Source of the DNA: Kribbella sp.
GTDB lineage: Bacteria > Actinomycetota > Actinomycetes > Propionibacteriales > Kribbellaceae
Reading direction: 5' to 3'
Assembly: GCA_036503355.1 (NCBI GenBank)
Contig: DASXXB010000096.1
Coordinates: forward strand, 41,776-105,775
DNA length: 64,000 nucleotides
The translations under genes were made by a program, and so were the position numbers. A model generated the notes under the pieces. The model saw only the letters and a list, made by a program, of their open reading frames with translations, was not told the DNA's origin and searched no databases. Numbering within the stretch: position 1 is the first letter of the stretch; the number at the start of each line of letters is the position of its first letter. Of the stretch, positions 35,416-45,042 are shown piece after piece.

Positions 35416-35504
35416 CGTGTGCTGCTCCTTGATCGGTGAGGTGCTTGTGCCTGTGCGTCGGGCACGATCCGGCCGAATCGACATCCAGCTGAATGTGACG
35501 CCGG

Positions 35505-36227
35505 TCACTCCGCGGTGACGAGCAAGACCGCGGACTCGAACAGCACGCCGTCGCCAGTGTCGTGAGCGGCGAGCGTGTCCCGCAAGGCGTCGCGGGCGCT
35601 GTCGGCGGCCGCCGGGTCGAGGTCTGCGAGCAGCGTCTGGGGTTCGCGGAGCTGGAGGACGTTCTCGTACGCCGCCTGTACGTCGGCGCCGTAGTAGATC
35701 GGTTCGCGGATCGCGGTGAAGGTCGGTTCCTGGAATCCGGCGGTGGTGAGGATGTCCCGGGTGAGGCCGGGGTCGCCGAGCGCGAACGGCGAGTTGTCGC
35801 GGAAGGTTCCACCGAGCGCTTCCGGGATCGCCCGCGCCCACTCGTTCTCCGCCCGCGGCTGCCAGACCATCACCACAAGCCGTCGGCTCGCGCGGCGCAG
35901 GTTCCTGAAGGCGCTGACCGGGTCCGCGAAGAACATCACACCGAAGCGGCTGATGCACACGTCGTACGCCGTACCGAAGTCGTACGTCGCCGCGTCCGCG
36001 AGCAGGTAGCTGACGTTGGTGTCCGCCGTACGCCGTCGTGCGTGCTCGAGCATCCGCTCCGACGTGTCCACGCCGACCACCGTGCCCGGCGCCGCGTCGA
36101 TCCCCGCGTCCCGCGTCGTCTGCCCGCCACCGCAGCCGACATCGAGCACCCGATCACCGGGACGGACGGCACAAGCACGCCGGAAATGGTCCCGGTAGAA
36201 CTGCATCTCCGCGTCGTAGTCGAACAC
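35505..36227 (-). CDS. Class I SAM-dependent methyltransferase
   Basis: VLDVGCGGG, SRFGVMFFADP. Confidence 0.88.
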   Translation of the reverse strand: MFDYDAEMQFYRDHFRRACAVRPGDRVLDVGCGGGQTTRDAGIDAAPGTVVGVDTSERMLEHARRRTADTNVSYLLADAATYDFGTAYDVCISRFGVMFFADPVSAFRNLRRASRRLVVMVWQPRAENEWARAIPEALGGTFRDNSPFALGDPGLTRDILTTAGFQEPTFTAIREPIYYGADVQAAYENVLQLREPQTLLADLDPAAADSARDALRDTLAAHDTGDGVLFESAVLLVTAE

Positions 36228-36283
36228 GACCTCAGGCTAGTGCGGAAGGCGGGTCGTGGCGGGCAGCGGCGGGCCATAGCGGG

Positions 36284-36922
36284 TCAGGCGAGGGCGACCC
36301 GGTTCCCGTCCGGGTCCACCAGCGGCTCCTGAGCGGCCACCCCGGTGAGGCCCAGATGGTCGATCGTGGAAGTTGCCGAGGGCAAGAGTTTCACTGCGTC
36401 GGCACCCAGCCGGAAGGTGTCGCCGGCGACCCGCTCCATCCCGAGGTGGGTGCCGTAGAACTCGGCGGCGGCGTCGAGATCCGGCGCCGCGAGGCCGACG
36501 TACGAGAATTCCTGGACCGGTCCGGTCGTGATCGGCGGGACGCGGAAGTCCTCGGAGCGCTGCAGCAGTTCGACGCGGACGCCGTTCGGGTCGGACAGGA
36601 ACGCGAGCCGTCCCTGCCCGCTGCCGGCCACCCGCGGCGAGGACAGGTCGTCGTACCCGAGCGCCATCAGCCGCGCGTAGTCGCCGTCCAGGTCGTCGGT
36701 CATGAACCCGACATGATTCAGTCCGTACGTCGCCTGCTCGTCGAGCTCCTCGTGGTGCAGAAGTTCGACCAGACCGGTCGCGAGCTGGATGTGCACGCGG
36801 TTGACGCGGGCGCCCGCCATGAACAGCCGGTCGACGACCTCCGCGCCGAGCCCGCCGTAGAACTCCAGGCTCGCGTCGAGGTCACGCACCCGCCCGCCGA
36901 CGTGGTTCAGCTCGTAGATCAT
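36284..36922 (-). CDS. Two-domain VOC family protein
   Basis: LNHVG twice, DPNGVRVEL, DPDGNRV. Confidence 0.85.
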   Translation of the reverse strand: MIYELNHVGGRVRDLDASLEFYGGLGAEVVDRLFMAGARVNRVHIQLATGLVELLHHEELDEQATYGLNHVGFMTDDLDGDYARLMALGYDDLSSPRVAGSGQGRLAFLSDPNGVRVELLQRSEDFRVPPITTGPVQEFSYVGLAAPDLDAAAEFYGTHLGMERVAGDTFRLGADAVKLLPSATSTIDHLGLTGVAAQEPLVDPDGNRVALA

Positions 36923-36962
36923 GCCCCGATCCTAGCAAGCGCTTTCCGACCGCGCTGCGTTC

Positions 36963-37751
36963 TCAAGAGGGCTGGCAGTGCGGGCACCACGCCGTACCTC
37001 GCCCGCCGACCCGGGCATGCGCGAGCGTGGTGCCGCACCGCGGGCAGGCGCCCGACGGATCGTCGCGACGTCCCGTCAGCCAGCTCTTGCGCGGCGGGAC
37101 CCGGCCGGAGGGGACCGCCTGGCGAAGGACTGTCCGCATCCGGGCGTGGATCCGCCGGATATCGCCGGACCGCAGTTGGACGCACGAACGGCGCGGGTCG
37201 ATCCGGGCCCGCCACAGGATCTCGTCCGCCAGCAGGTTGCCCAGTCCCGCGATCGTGGACTGATCCATCAGAGCAGGCTTGAGCTGACCACGCCGGCCGG
37301 AGAGCTGATCCTCGAGCTGTGTGACGGACAGCTCGGCGGCGTCAGGCCCGAGGTGTGCCAGCAGCCGATCCACCGTCTCCCGGCTCGGTGCGAGCCGGAG
37401 TCCGTGGAGCTTCCGCAGGTCCTCGTACCGCAACTCTCCGTCGCGGAACCCGAACACCACGCGATCGAAGCGATGCCGCTCCTCGTCAGTGGCCCAGTAC
37501 AGCGCTCCCGTCATGCCGAAATGCAGCAGTACGGCGGGTTCCCGGCGAGACCCTGTGAGCGGTACGACGAGGTTCTTGCCGTGTCGCCACGGCTGCCGGA
37601 ACCGATGGCCGACCAGAGCACGCTCCAGGTCACCGGCCGCGACATCCCGCAGGACGCCGGCATCGAGCACGTCGACGCTACGGATCGGGCGTCCGGCCGC
37701 GTGGTCGGCCAGCACCCGGCGGAATCCCTCGACATCGGGTAGTTCGGGCAT
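36963..37751 (-). CDS. Fpg/Nei family DNA glycosylase/AP lyase
   Basis: MPELPDVE, HFGMTG, GLGNLLADEILW (H2TH), CPRC...CPHCQ zinc finger. Confidence 0.92.
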   Translation of the reverse strand: MPELPDVEGFRRVLADHAAGRPIRSVDVLDAGVLRDVAAGDLERALVGHRFRQPWRHGKNLVVPLTGSRREPAVLLHFGMTGALYWATDEERHRFDRVVFGFRDGELRYEDLRKLHGLRLAPSRETVDRLLAHLGPDAAELSVTQLEDQLSGRRGQLKPALMDQSTIAGLGNLLADEILWRARIDPRRSCVQLRSGDIRRIHARMRTVLRQAVPSGRVPPRKSWLTGRRDDPSGACPRCGTTLAHARVGGRGTAWCPHCQPS

Positions 37752-37791
37752 CTCCTTCTCACCCGTACCCTGCAGCATGCAGGATGTGCCG

Positions 37792-38727
37792 ATGCAGTCG
37801 TTGATGTTCGAGAGCCGGGACCTGTCCAGGACCGAGGAGTTCCTGAACCGGGCGTACACGAAGATGCAGATCGGTTCCGGCGCCCCGGGCGGCCGGGCGC
37901 GCATCTCGCGGGCGGCCGCGGCGTCGATCAGCGTCGACCGGCTCGGGATCGGGTTCGAGATGAGTTACGACGCCGATCCGCTCGGCAAGATCTGCCTGTG
38001 CGAGGTGTACTCCGGCAGCATCGAGGACCACGCCACCGCCGGCTGGGAGGACAGTTTCCGGCCGGGGGACCTGGTGTCGTTCGCGCCACCGGACCGGCCG
38101 TTGACCGGCACGGTCCGGAGTTCGTCGTACAGCATCACGATGTTCGATCCGGCGCTGCTGACCAGGGTCGCGGGGGTCAGCCGGCAGAGCAATGCGCCGG
38201 TGCGGTTGCTCGGTCACCGACCGCATTCGGTCCAGGCCGCCCGGCATCTGTCGCGGACGATCGCCTACCTCGGCGATTACGCGCTCCTGGACCCGGTCGT
38301 CCAGGCCTCACCACTGGTCGTCGCGTCGCTCGAGCAACTGCTCGCCTCGAGTGTGCTCGCGGCCTTCCCGAACACCACGATGGAGGGTGAGGACCTCGCC
38401 GCGCGCCCGACGACGATCCGGCGCGCGCTGGCTTTCATGGAGCCGAACGTCGACCAGGCGATCGGGGTCGCCGACATCGCGGCGGCGGCGGGCGTCACCG
38501 TGCGCGCACTGCAGACCGCCTTCCAGCGCCACCTCGGCACCACGCCGCTCGGGCATCTGCGCAGGCTCCGGCTGGCGGAGGTGCGCGCCGAGCTGCTGGC
38601 AGCCGACCCTTCCGAGTGCACCGTCGCGGGGGTCGCGGCGCGCTGGGGCTTTCATCATCACGGCCGGATGACCGCGGCGTACCGCGAGCTGTACGACGAG
38701 CTGCCGAGCGCGACGCTCGCGCGTTAA
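37792..38727 (+). CDS. AraC family regulator
   Basis: C-terminal double HTH: VTVRALQTAF...TPLGHLRRLRL...VAARWGF; alternative start 37777. Confidence 0.88.
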   Translation: MQSLMFESRDLSRTEEFLNRAYTKMQIGSGAPGGRARISRAAAASISVDRLGIGFEMSYDADPLGKICLCEVYSGSIEDHATAGWEDSFRPGDLVSFAPPDRPLTGTVRSSSYSITMFDPALLTRVAGVSRQSNAPVRLLGHRPHSVQAARHLSRTIAYLGDYALLDPVVQASPLVVASLEQLLASSVLAAFPNTTMEGEDLAARPTTIRRALAFMEPNVDQAIGVADIAAAAGVTVRALQTAFQRHLGTTPLGHLRRLRLAEVRAELLAADPSECTVAGVAARWGFHHHGRMTAAYRELYDELPSATLAR

Positions 38728-39425
38728 GGCAGTTGGCGGGTCTGGATGAGTTGCTGCGCGACGTCCCGCAGCTTCGTGTTCGTGTCCTGCGAGTACCGAC
38801 GCAGGACGGCGAACGCCCGGTCGCTGTCGATGTCGTAGCGCTCCATCAGGATGCCCATCGCCTGGCCGACGAGCTTGCGGGCGTCGACGGCCTGCGCCAG
38901 CGCGGCCTCGTGCCGTGCGGACGCGAGCGCCACCGACGCGTGCCGGGCGAGGATGTGCGCGACCGCCTCGTCGTCGGGCCCGAACGCGTCCGGCTCGGGA
39001 CTGTAGAGCCCGAGCACGCCGACCGTCCGGCCGGTCTGCGGGCCGGTCGCCAGCGGTACGTCGAGGACACTGCGGACACCGAGCGCGGCCACCTTCTCCG
39101 CCCATTGCGGCCACCGGTCGTCCGAGGCCGTGTCCCGGATCAGGACCGGCCGGCGATCGCGCATCGCGGTCACCAACGGTCCGTCCTGGTTGTTGATCTG
39201 CAGCTCGAAGATGTCGCCGATGAGCGGATCCGTCACGGCCGCGATCTCCGCCCGCGAGCCACGCGCGGACAGGGCCACACCGGCGTACGTGCAGTCCAGA
39301 GCCTGCAGAGCGAACTGGACCACCGCGTCCACGGTCTCTTCGATGCCACCCGCGTCGTGCAACTCGACGGCGAGGCTCGCGAACGTCGATGCAGCGTCTT
39401 CCTGCCCAGGGTCGATCAGGGTCAT
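38724..39425 (-). CDS. GAF + ANTAR domain RNA-binding regulator
   Basis: GAF (DGPL..A, DDRWP, GVLGLYS) + VGQAMGILMERY...AFAVLRRYSQDTNTKLRDVA. Confidence 0.92.
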   Translation of the reverse strand: MTLIDPGQEDAASTFASLAVELHDAGGIEETVDAVVQFALQALDCTYAGVALSARGSRAEIAAVTDPLIGDIFELQINNQDGPLVTAMRDRRPVLIRDTASDDRWPQWAEKVAALGVRSVLDVPLATGPQTGRTVGVLGLYSPEPDAFGPDDEAVAHILARHASVALASARHEAALAQAVDARKLVGQAMGILMERYDIDSDRAFAVLRRYSQDTNTKLRDVAQQLIQTRQLP

Positions 39426-39587
39426 TGCGGGCTCCTCGTGAACTGGGCACGAGTGCCCCCCACCGGAACACGAGCTGCCTGTCACTCACATCATGCGCCA
39501 CCTGAGCCTGTTTCCAACCTGCGGCGCGACAAATTGCGTTCCGTGGACAGGAGCTGTTCGTTGTCCGGCTAGGTTGGAGAGGTGCAG

Positions 39588-40247
39588 GTGGCGAAGCGGT
39601 GGGGCTGGATCGCGGTCGGCGTCCTCGTCGTGGGCGCCTGGGCTGCCTGCTCCGACAACAAAGAGGTGGGGACGGCCGGCGGGCCACGGCCGACTGCGAA
39701 GCCGTCAGTCACGAAGCCCAAGCCGACGGTGACCACCGCGCCTGCGAAGGCGTGGTACGACGACTACGACCCGGCGCATTTCGCGGCCGACGTACGGCGT
39801 TACGCCAAGCCCGCCGGGATCGACCCACAGTTGCTGATGGCAATCTTGTACGCCGAGTCGTACAAGCCGCACGACCCGAAGTTCGAGCGGCAGTGGGCCG
39901 AGGTCGACGCCGACCCGGCGTTCGGGATCGCGAACATGCACAAGCCCGCGTTCGACGAGACCAAACGCGGCCGGGACTTCGCGAAGCGCAAGTGGGAAGA
40001 GCTGCCGGACAACCCGGCGCTGGCGATCGAGGCCGCCGCCTGGCACCTCCACGACCTCGCGCAGCGGCTGCCGGCCAGTCGCGCCGACCGCTACACCAAG
40101 GACGAATTACTTGCCCTCGGCTACAACGCCGGCGGCGGCAACATGCGGATCTTCGCGCGCGGCCGCAAGGCCGGCCCGCAGGCGCAGTCGTACCTCGACC
40201 GCATCCACAAGTACTGGGCGAAATCCGCCGAAGCACTGAAGAGCTGA
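39588..40247 (+). CDS. Secreted/lipoprotein lytic transglycosylase-like (SLT) protein
   Basis: Signal/TM then WAAC, Pro/Thr linker, AILYAES, FGIANMH, GYNAGGG. Confidence 0.7.
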   Translation: MAKRWGWIAVGVLVVGAWAACSDNKEVGTAGGPRPTAKPSVTKPKPTVTTAPAKAWYDDYDPAHFAADVRRYAKPAGIDPQLLMAILYAESYKPHDPKFERQWAEVDADPAFGIANMHKPAFDETKRGRDFAKRKWEELPDNPALAIEAAAWHLHDLAQRLPASRADRYTKDELLALGYNAGGGNMRIFARGRKAGPQAQSYLDRIHKYWAKSAEALKS

Positions 40248-40259
40248 CCGGGAGACACC

Positions 40260-40880
40260 GTGGACTTCGCAACCCCCGCCTTGGCCGTAGCCGACTGGCG
40301 CCGCCAGGTCTTCGGGCTCTACGACCAGATCCGCACCGAACCAGACCCAGCCAGGGCGCACACGCTCTGGCAAGTCACCCGCGACAACCTCCTGACCTAC
40401 CACCCAGCCTCTCCGGTCCCGGTCGAACACCGCGACGCCTACCCTGGCGCACCCGTCGCCGAGTACAACCCGCAGTACCGCTTCGAAACGACCATCGACA
40501 CTGACGTGAAACCCAGCAACTGGGAGTTCGAGTCGGCCACCGACGGCATCATCCCGTTCTCGAGAGTAGGCACGCTCCACCTGCCCATCGGCGACCTGGA
40601 CGTCTGGTGGCTCGAGTCGTACGGCGGCGGGCTCTTCATCCCGGTCAAGGACACGAACAGGCAGACGTACGGCGGCGGCCGCTACCTGATCGACACCGTC
40701 AAGGGCGCCGACCTGGGCAGCGACCTGTCCACCGGCCGCTTTGTCGTCGACCTGAACTTCGCCTACAACCCGTCCTGCGCCTACAGCCCGGAGTGGACCT
40801 GCCCACTCGCCCCGGTAACCAACAGCCTGGCCGTCGACCTGCCGGTCGGCGAGCTCACCTCAGCTCTCGCCGACGCCTAG
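40260..40880 (+). CDS. DUF1684 family protein
   Basis: TYGGGRYL, VDLNFAYNPSCAY...CPLAP. Confidence 0.88.
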   Translation: MDFATPALAVADWRRQVFGLYDQIRTEPDPARAHTLWQVTRDNLLTYHPASPVPVEHRDAYPGAPVAEYNPQYRFETTIDTDVKPSNWEFESATDGIIPFSRVGTLHLPIGDLDVWWLESYGGGLFIPVKDTNRQTYGGGRYLIDTVKGADLGSDLSTGRFVVDLNFAYNPSCAYSPEWTCPLAPVTNSLAVDLPVGELTSALADA

Positions 40881-41276
40881 CGCGGTCAGCAGGACCAGTA
40901 CGACGGTGACGACGGCGAAGAGGCCGTGACCGCCGACGACGGCCACCGGGAAGTGCCGCTCCGCCGGGACCTCCGCGGTCGCCGCGGTCCGGCTGCGGTA
41001 CGTCGGCAGCCACCGGGCGAACATGGTGAACCCGAGCAACGCCACCGGCACGAGCAGGATGAACGCGATCCAGGCCAGGACGTCGCTGTCGACGATCACG
41101 TAGATGATCCACACGACCAGCCCGATCGCGGCCAGCGCGAAGTGGCCGAAGATCAGTGCCGGCGGGAAGTGACTCGCGCTCGGCTTGCGTGGACCGCCCT
41201 TGCTGATCCAGGTGTACAGCAGATAGAAGCCCCCGAGCGCGGTGATCAGCCAGGTGATCAGTGCAGCGATACCCAT
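40860..41276 (-). CDS. Small 4-TM membrane protein with two intramembrane His (GH) motifs
   Basis: Hydrophobic helices; LIFGHFALA and VGGHGLFA. Confidence 0.7.
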   Translation of the reverse strand: MGIAALITWLITALGGFYLLYTWISKGGPRKPSASHFPPALIFGHFALAAIGLVVWIIYVIVDSDVLAWIAFILLVPVALLGFTMFARWLPTYRSRTAATAEVPAERHFPVAVVGGHGLFAVVTVVLVLLTALGVGES

Positions 41277-41277
41277 G

Positions 41278-41787
41278 TCAGCTCCTCGGTTGGAAACCCT
41301 CGGCCTGGTCCTGCTCCTCGGCCACCCGGACCCCGTACCGGAACGCCAGCTTGCCCCCGAGGTAGCCCGAGATGCTGAGGGCTACCAAGCTGACGCCCGA
41401 CAGTACGATCGGCCCGATCCCCACCTGGTCGTCCGCACCCCGCCGCCACCAGGCGTTCACGGCGTACGCGACGGTGATGGCGACGTTCAGGGTGAGGTGG
41501 ACGAGCCCGGTGCGGAACGCCGGAGTCCCGGCCGGGAGCGTGAAGAAGTCGAGCAGCCCGACGCTCGCGGCCGCCAGCGCGCCGGCGATGCCGATCACGA
41601 TCAGCCAGGTCGAGGACCGGACCAGGTACGACGCGTCCGGCGCCGCGCGGGACCCGATGTCGAACACGAAACTCGCCACCCAGGCGCCGATCGGGACCGT
41701 GACCAGAACCGGATGGAACGGGTGGCCGTACGGACCGGTGAGTAGTGCGCTCACAGGACGCTTCGCTGCCGTCTGCCGATCAGACAT
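41278..41787 (-). CDS. DUF2231 family membrane protein
   Basis: GHPFHPVLVTVPIG, G..D, H..LN, SGYLGGKLAFRYG. Confidence 0.88.
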   Translation of the reverse strand: MSDRQTAAKRPVSALLTGPYGHPFHPVLVTVPIGAWVASFVFDIGSRAAPDASYLVRSSTWLIVIGIAGALAAASVGLLDFFTLPAGTPAFRTGLVHLTLNVAITVAYAVNAWWRRGADDQVGIGPIVLSGVSLVALSISGYLGGKLAFRYGVRVAEEQDQAEGFQPRS

Positions 41788-41908
41788 CGGGCCTCCTTGT
41801 TTCACCAACTGAGTTTGGTCTTATTCGGCAACCGCGGTCAAGAGGTCGGCAGGCCTGGCTTTTTGCCCATCGAAGTTTGCGCATCGCGATGTCAGTTATG
41901 GTGAGCAG

Positions 41909-42607
41909 GTGGACGACGCGGCGATCGATGCGCTCGCGGCGCTCGGGGACGAGTCGCGGCGGCGGATGTTCGCGTTCGCCCGGCGGGCCGGACGGCCGAT
42001 CAGCCGGGACGACGCCGCGACCGAAGTGGGGATCTCCCGGAAGCTGGCCGCGTTCCACCTCGAGCGGCTGGTCGAGGCCGGGCTGCTGCGGTCGCACTTC
42101 GAGCATGGCGGCCGGCTGCGGAAGGTGGGCCGGGCCCCGAAGCTTTATGAGCCGGTGAATGCCGATCTCAAGGTGTCGATCCCGCCCCGGCAGCCCGACC
42201 TGCTGGCCGCGATCCTGCTCGACGGTGTGCTCAGCGCCGGGCCGGGGAGCCCGCTGGACTCCGCGCGCCGGGCAGCGTTCCGGCGTGGTGAGAGGGTGGG
42301 GGAGGAGGTCCGGACCCAGGCGCGTCCGGGGCGGCTGAGCGCGGAGCGTGCGCTGACGTTGTCAGAGGCGACGTTGTCGGGCGCCGGCTTCGAGCCGGTG
42401 CGCCCGCGGCCGGGCTGCCTGCGGTTGCACAGCTGCCCGTTCCATCCGCTGGCGACGGCGCAGCCGGAAGCGGTGTGCGGCATCAACCATGCGTTCGTGG
42501 CCGGGATGTTGTCCGGCCTGGAGGCGACAACGGTCGAGGCGGTGCTGGACCCCGACGGCGGTGACTGCTGCGTGGAAATCACCGCCGACGGGACCACATC
42601 CAGCTAG
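41909..42607 (+). CDS. HTH regulator with Cys-containing sensor domain (COG2345-like)
   Basis: LAAFHLERL..AGLL, GRAPKLY, CPFH, VCGIN, C-terminal CCV. Confidence 0.85.
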   Translation: MDDAAIDALAALGDESRRRMFAFARRAGRPISRDDAATEVGISRKLAAFHLERLVEAGLLRSHFEHGGRLRKVGRAPKLYEPVNADLKVSIPPRQPDLLAAILLDGVLSAGPGSPLDSARRAAFRRGERVGEEVRTQARPGRLSAERALTLSEATLSGAGFEPVRPRPGCLRLHSCPFHPLATAQPEAVCGINHAFVAGMLSGLEATTVEAVLDPDGGDCCVEITADGTTSS

Positions 42608-42628
42608 GTCCAGCTAGGTCCAGCTAGG
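42599..42628. repeat. 10-bp tandem repeat (TCCAGCTAGG)x3 spanning both stop codons of a convergent gene pair
   Basis: tccagctagg tccagctagg tccagctagg. Confidence 0.85.
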
Positions 42629-44780
42629 CCGCTGCTGCTTCCAGGGCGCGGGTCAGGAGTGCGGCCAGTGCCTCCAGCTGGAAGTCGGCCGAGGAGCCGA
42701 CCTCCTCGTCGGACCCGTCGAGTGCCTTGGCGGCCAGGCCGGCCTTGGCGTCGATGAGGTCCGCGACCCGGGTGTCGATGGTCTGCGCCGCGATGATCCG
42801 CCACGCGGTGACCGGCTCGTCCTGGCCGATCCGGTGCACCCGGTCGATCGCCTGCGTCTGCTCGGCGTTTGTCCAGGACAGCTCGGCGAGCACGACGTTC
42901 GACGCGACCTGCAGGTTGATGCCGACACCGGCGGTGAGCAGCGAGCAGACCGCGATCGACACGTCGGGATCGTTGACGAAGGCATCGATGTTCTTCTGCC
43001 GGGTGCGCGTCGTCTGGTCGCCGCGGATCGAGGAGTACCGGATGCCGCGCTCGGCGAACAGCTCCTCGGCGGTGTCCATCACCTCGATGTGCCGGGCGAA
43101 GAACACCACCTTGCCGACGTTCTGCGCCAGCTGGGCCGCGTAGTCCGCGGCCAGTCCGGCCTTCGCCTGGCCGATCCGGCGGAACAGGCTGAAGACGTTG
43201 TCGCCACTCTTCTTGTTGGCCATCTCGGCCCGCTCCCAGCCGGCCACCTGGCGGACCAGGTCGTGGTCGATCCCGTCGACGACGATCCCCAGCCGGCGGG
43301 TCTCGAGCGCGGTCCGGTAGCGCTCGACGAGCCGGTCCGCGAGCTCCCGCTCGGCGGCCCGGATCGAGCGGCCGACCGCGCCGTCCAGCTCGACCGGCAG
43401 GTCGGCGATCCGGCGGGCCGGGATGTCGGCGGCCACGTCCACCTTGCGGCGGCGGACGATGCCCATGTCGATCACGCTCGCCCGCGCCGCCGCGGCGAAC
43501 CCCGGATCGGCGGGCGTCAGGTCGGTCTCGTCGAGCTTGCTCATCAGCTCGGCGCGCGGCGCCTTCTCGTCGATCCAGCCGAGAAACTCCCAGATCGCGG
43601 TGAAGTCCTCGATCGAGTTGATCAGCGGTGTCCCGGTGAGTGCCATCATCAGCGGCCGGGCGGTCCGGGCGCGGATCCGGCCGGCCAGCTCGAGCACGTT
43701 GCGGGACCGCTGGGACTTCTTGTTCTTGATGAAGTGCGCCTCGTCCACGACCATGCCGCGGAAGCCGAGGTCGCCGAGCCAGCCGACGTGCCGGTCGAGG
43801 ACCTCGTAGTTGACCACCACGATGTCGGCGAAGCCGTCGATCGAGTCGCCGTCGCCGTGGATCACCGTCGGCGTACGGCGGGGGGTCCAGAGGCCGGCCT
43901 CCCGGGCCCAGTTGGTCTTCACGACGTTCGGGACGACGGCCAGCAGCGGGTAGGCCTCGGCGGCCTGCGCGGCGAGCAGTGCCTGGGCGGTCTTGCCGAG
44001 GCCGGGCTCGTCGGCGAGCAGGAACGTCCGGTGACCCTCGGCCGCGGCGGCGATCAGGCGGGCCTGGTGGGGCATCAGTTCGAGGCCGCGGAGGCGGAGC
44101 GCGTCGATGCCGCCGGCCAGCCGCAGCGAGTGCGGGTCCGGGAGCGTCATCGTGGCGGAGGCGGACGCGTGCTCGAAGGAGCGCAGCAGCGGTCCGATCA
44201 GCTCCCAGCCGCCGAGCCGGCTCGGACCGGCCGGGCGGGACGGAGCGGCCGAGAAGTCCGGGGCGAGGAACGGGTTGGCGAGCTGGCGGGACACGACGGC
44301 CTGCGGGACCACCCGCCGGGTCTGGGTCTCCTGCGGAGCGACCGGCTCAGCGGGCTCGGGCTCTTCGGGCGCCTCCATCCCGGCCTCCTCCAGCATCTGC
44401 CGCCGGAGCGCGGCCGCGGCCTCGGAGATCACCGCGTCCTCGGCCAGCAGCCCGAGCAGCGACGGCTCCATCGCGGCCGTCTTCGCCAGGATCGTGGCGA
44501 TCCCGTCGAGCCGCCGGAGCTGCTCGGTGCGGTACGCCTCGGTCGCGGCCTGGTCGCCGTTCACCCTGGCCCGCTCCTCACGGACCAGCAGCGCGACGAC
44601 CTGGAACTTCGTCCGCGTCGACGGCTTGATGGCGCCGCGGGTGACCGCGTTCTCGACCTCGCGCACGGCCTGCGCGAGAACCTGGATCAGACCGTCGGAC
44701 TCGCCGTCGCGGACACGCCTGCGGCGACGGGGAGCGGAACGGGTAGCGCCGGGCTGGCGCTGACCTCGTCGGGCCAACAT
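42624..44780 (-). CDS. SNF2-like SF2 (DEAH) helicase/translocase with N-terminal helical domain
   Basis: LADEPGLGKT, DEAH, LTGTP, GVGINL, QAIDRVHRIGQ; AGGAGG RBS. Confidence 0.9.
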   Translation of the reverse strand: MLARRGQRQPGATRSAPRRRRRVRDGESDGLIQVLAQAVREVENAVTRGAIKPSTRTKFQVVALLVREERARVNGDQAATEAYRTEQLRRLDGIATILAKTAAMEPSLLGLLAEDAVISEAAAALRRQMLEEAGMEAPEEPEPAEPVAPQETQTRRVVPQAVVSRQLANPFLAPDFSAAPSRPAGPSRLGGWELIGPLLRSFEHASASATMTLPDPHSLRLAGGIDALRLRGLELMPHQARLIAAAAEGHRTFLLADEPGLGKTAQALLAAQAAEAYPLLAVVPNVVKTNWAREAGLWTPRRTPTVIHGDGDSIDGFADIVVVNYEVLDRHVGWLGDLGFRGMVVDEAHFIKNKKSQRSRNVLELAGRIRARTARPLMMALTGTPLINSIEDFTAIWEFLGWIDEKAPRAELMSKLDETDLTPADPGFAAAARASVIDMGIVRRRKVDVAADIPARRIADLPVELDGAVGRSIRAAERELADRLVERYRTALETRRLGIVVDGIDHDLVRQVAGWERAEMANKKSGDNVFSLFRRIGQAKAGLAADYAAQLAQNVGKVVFFARHIEVMDTAEELFAERGIRYSSIRGDQTTRTRQKNIDAFVNDPDVSIAVCSLLTAGVGINLQVASNVVLAELSWTNAEQTQAIDRVHRIGQDEPVTAWRIIAAQTIDTRVADLIDAKAGLAAKALDGSDEEVGSSADFQLEALAALLTRALEAAAA

Positions 44781-45042
44781 TTCCTCCTGTGTCGTGCCAC
44801 GACGGAGCCGTGGCGGAACGCCGGACCGCGCGCGGACCGCCCCGCCGACGAGACGCCACCCGGTGTCGTGCAGAAGGCCGTCCAGAGGGTCCCCAGGAAC
44901 ACGGCTCAGAATTCACCGCTCCTGTATGCGCGATCGGAAACCCATGCTACCCGCATCCGCCCGAATGCTGCAGACCGGCACCGGGTACCAGGTGAACCCG
45001 ATCAGAATGCCACTCCGACGCCACCAGAAGGAGGTCCTTGCG

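Noticed and set aside
27378..44780. Anti-phage defence island (WYL + RecQ + SNF2 helicase)
   Set aside because: The genes are scattered among metabolic genes, with no nuclease, DNA methylase or other defence partner and no mobility genes.
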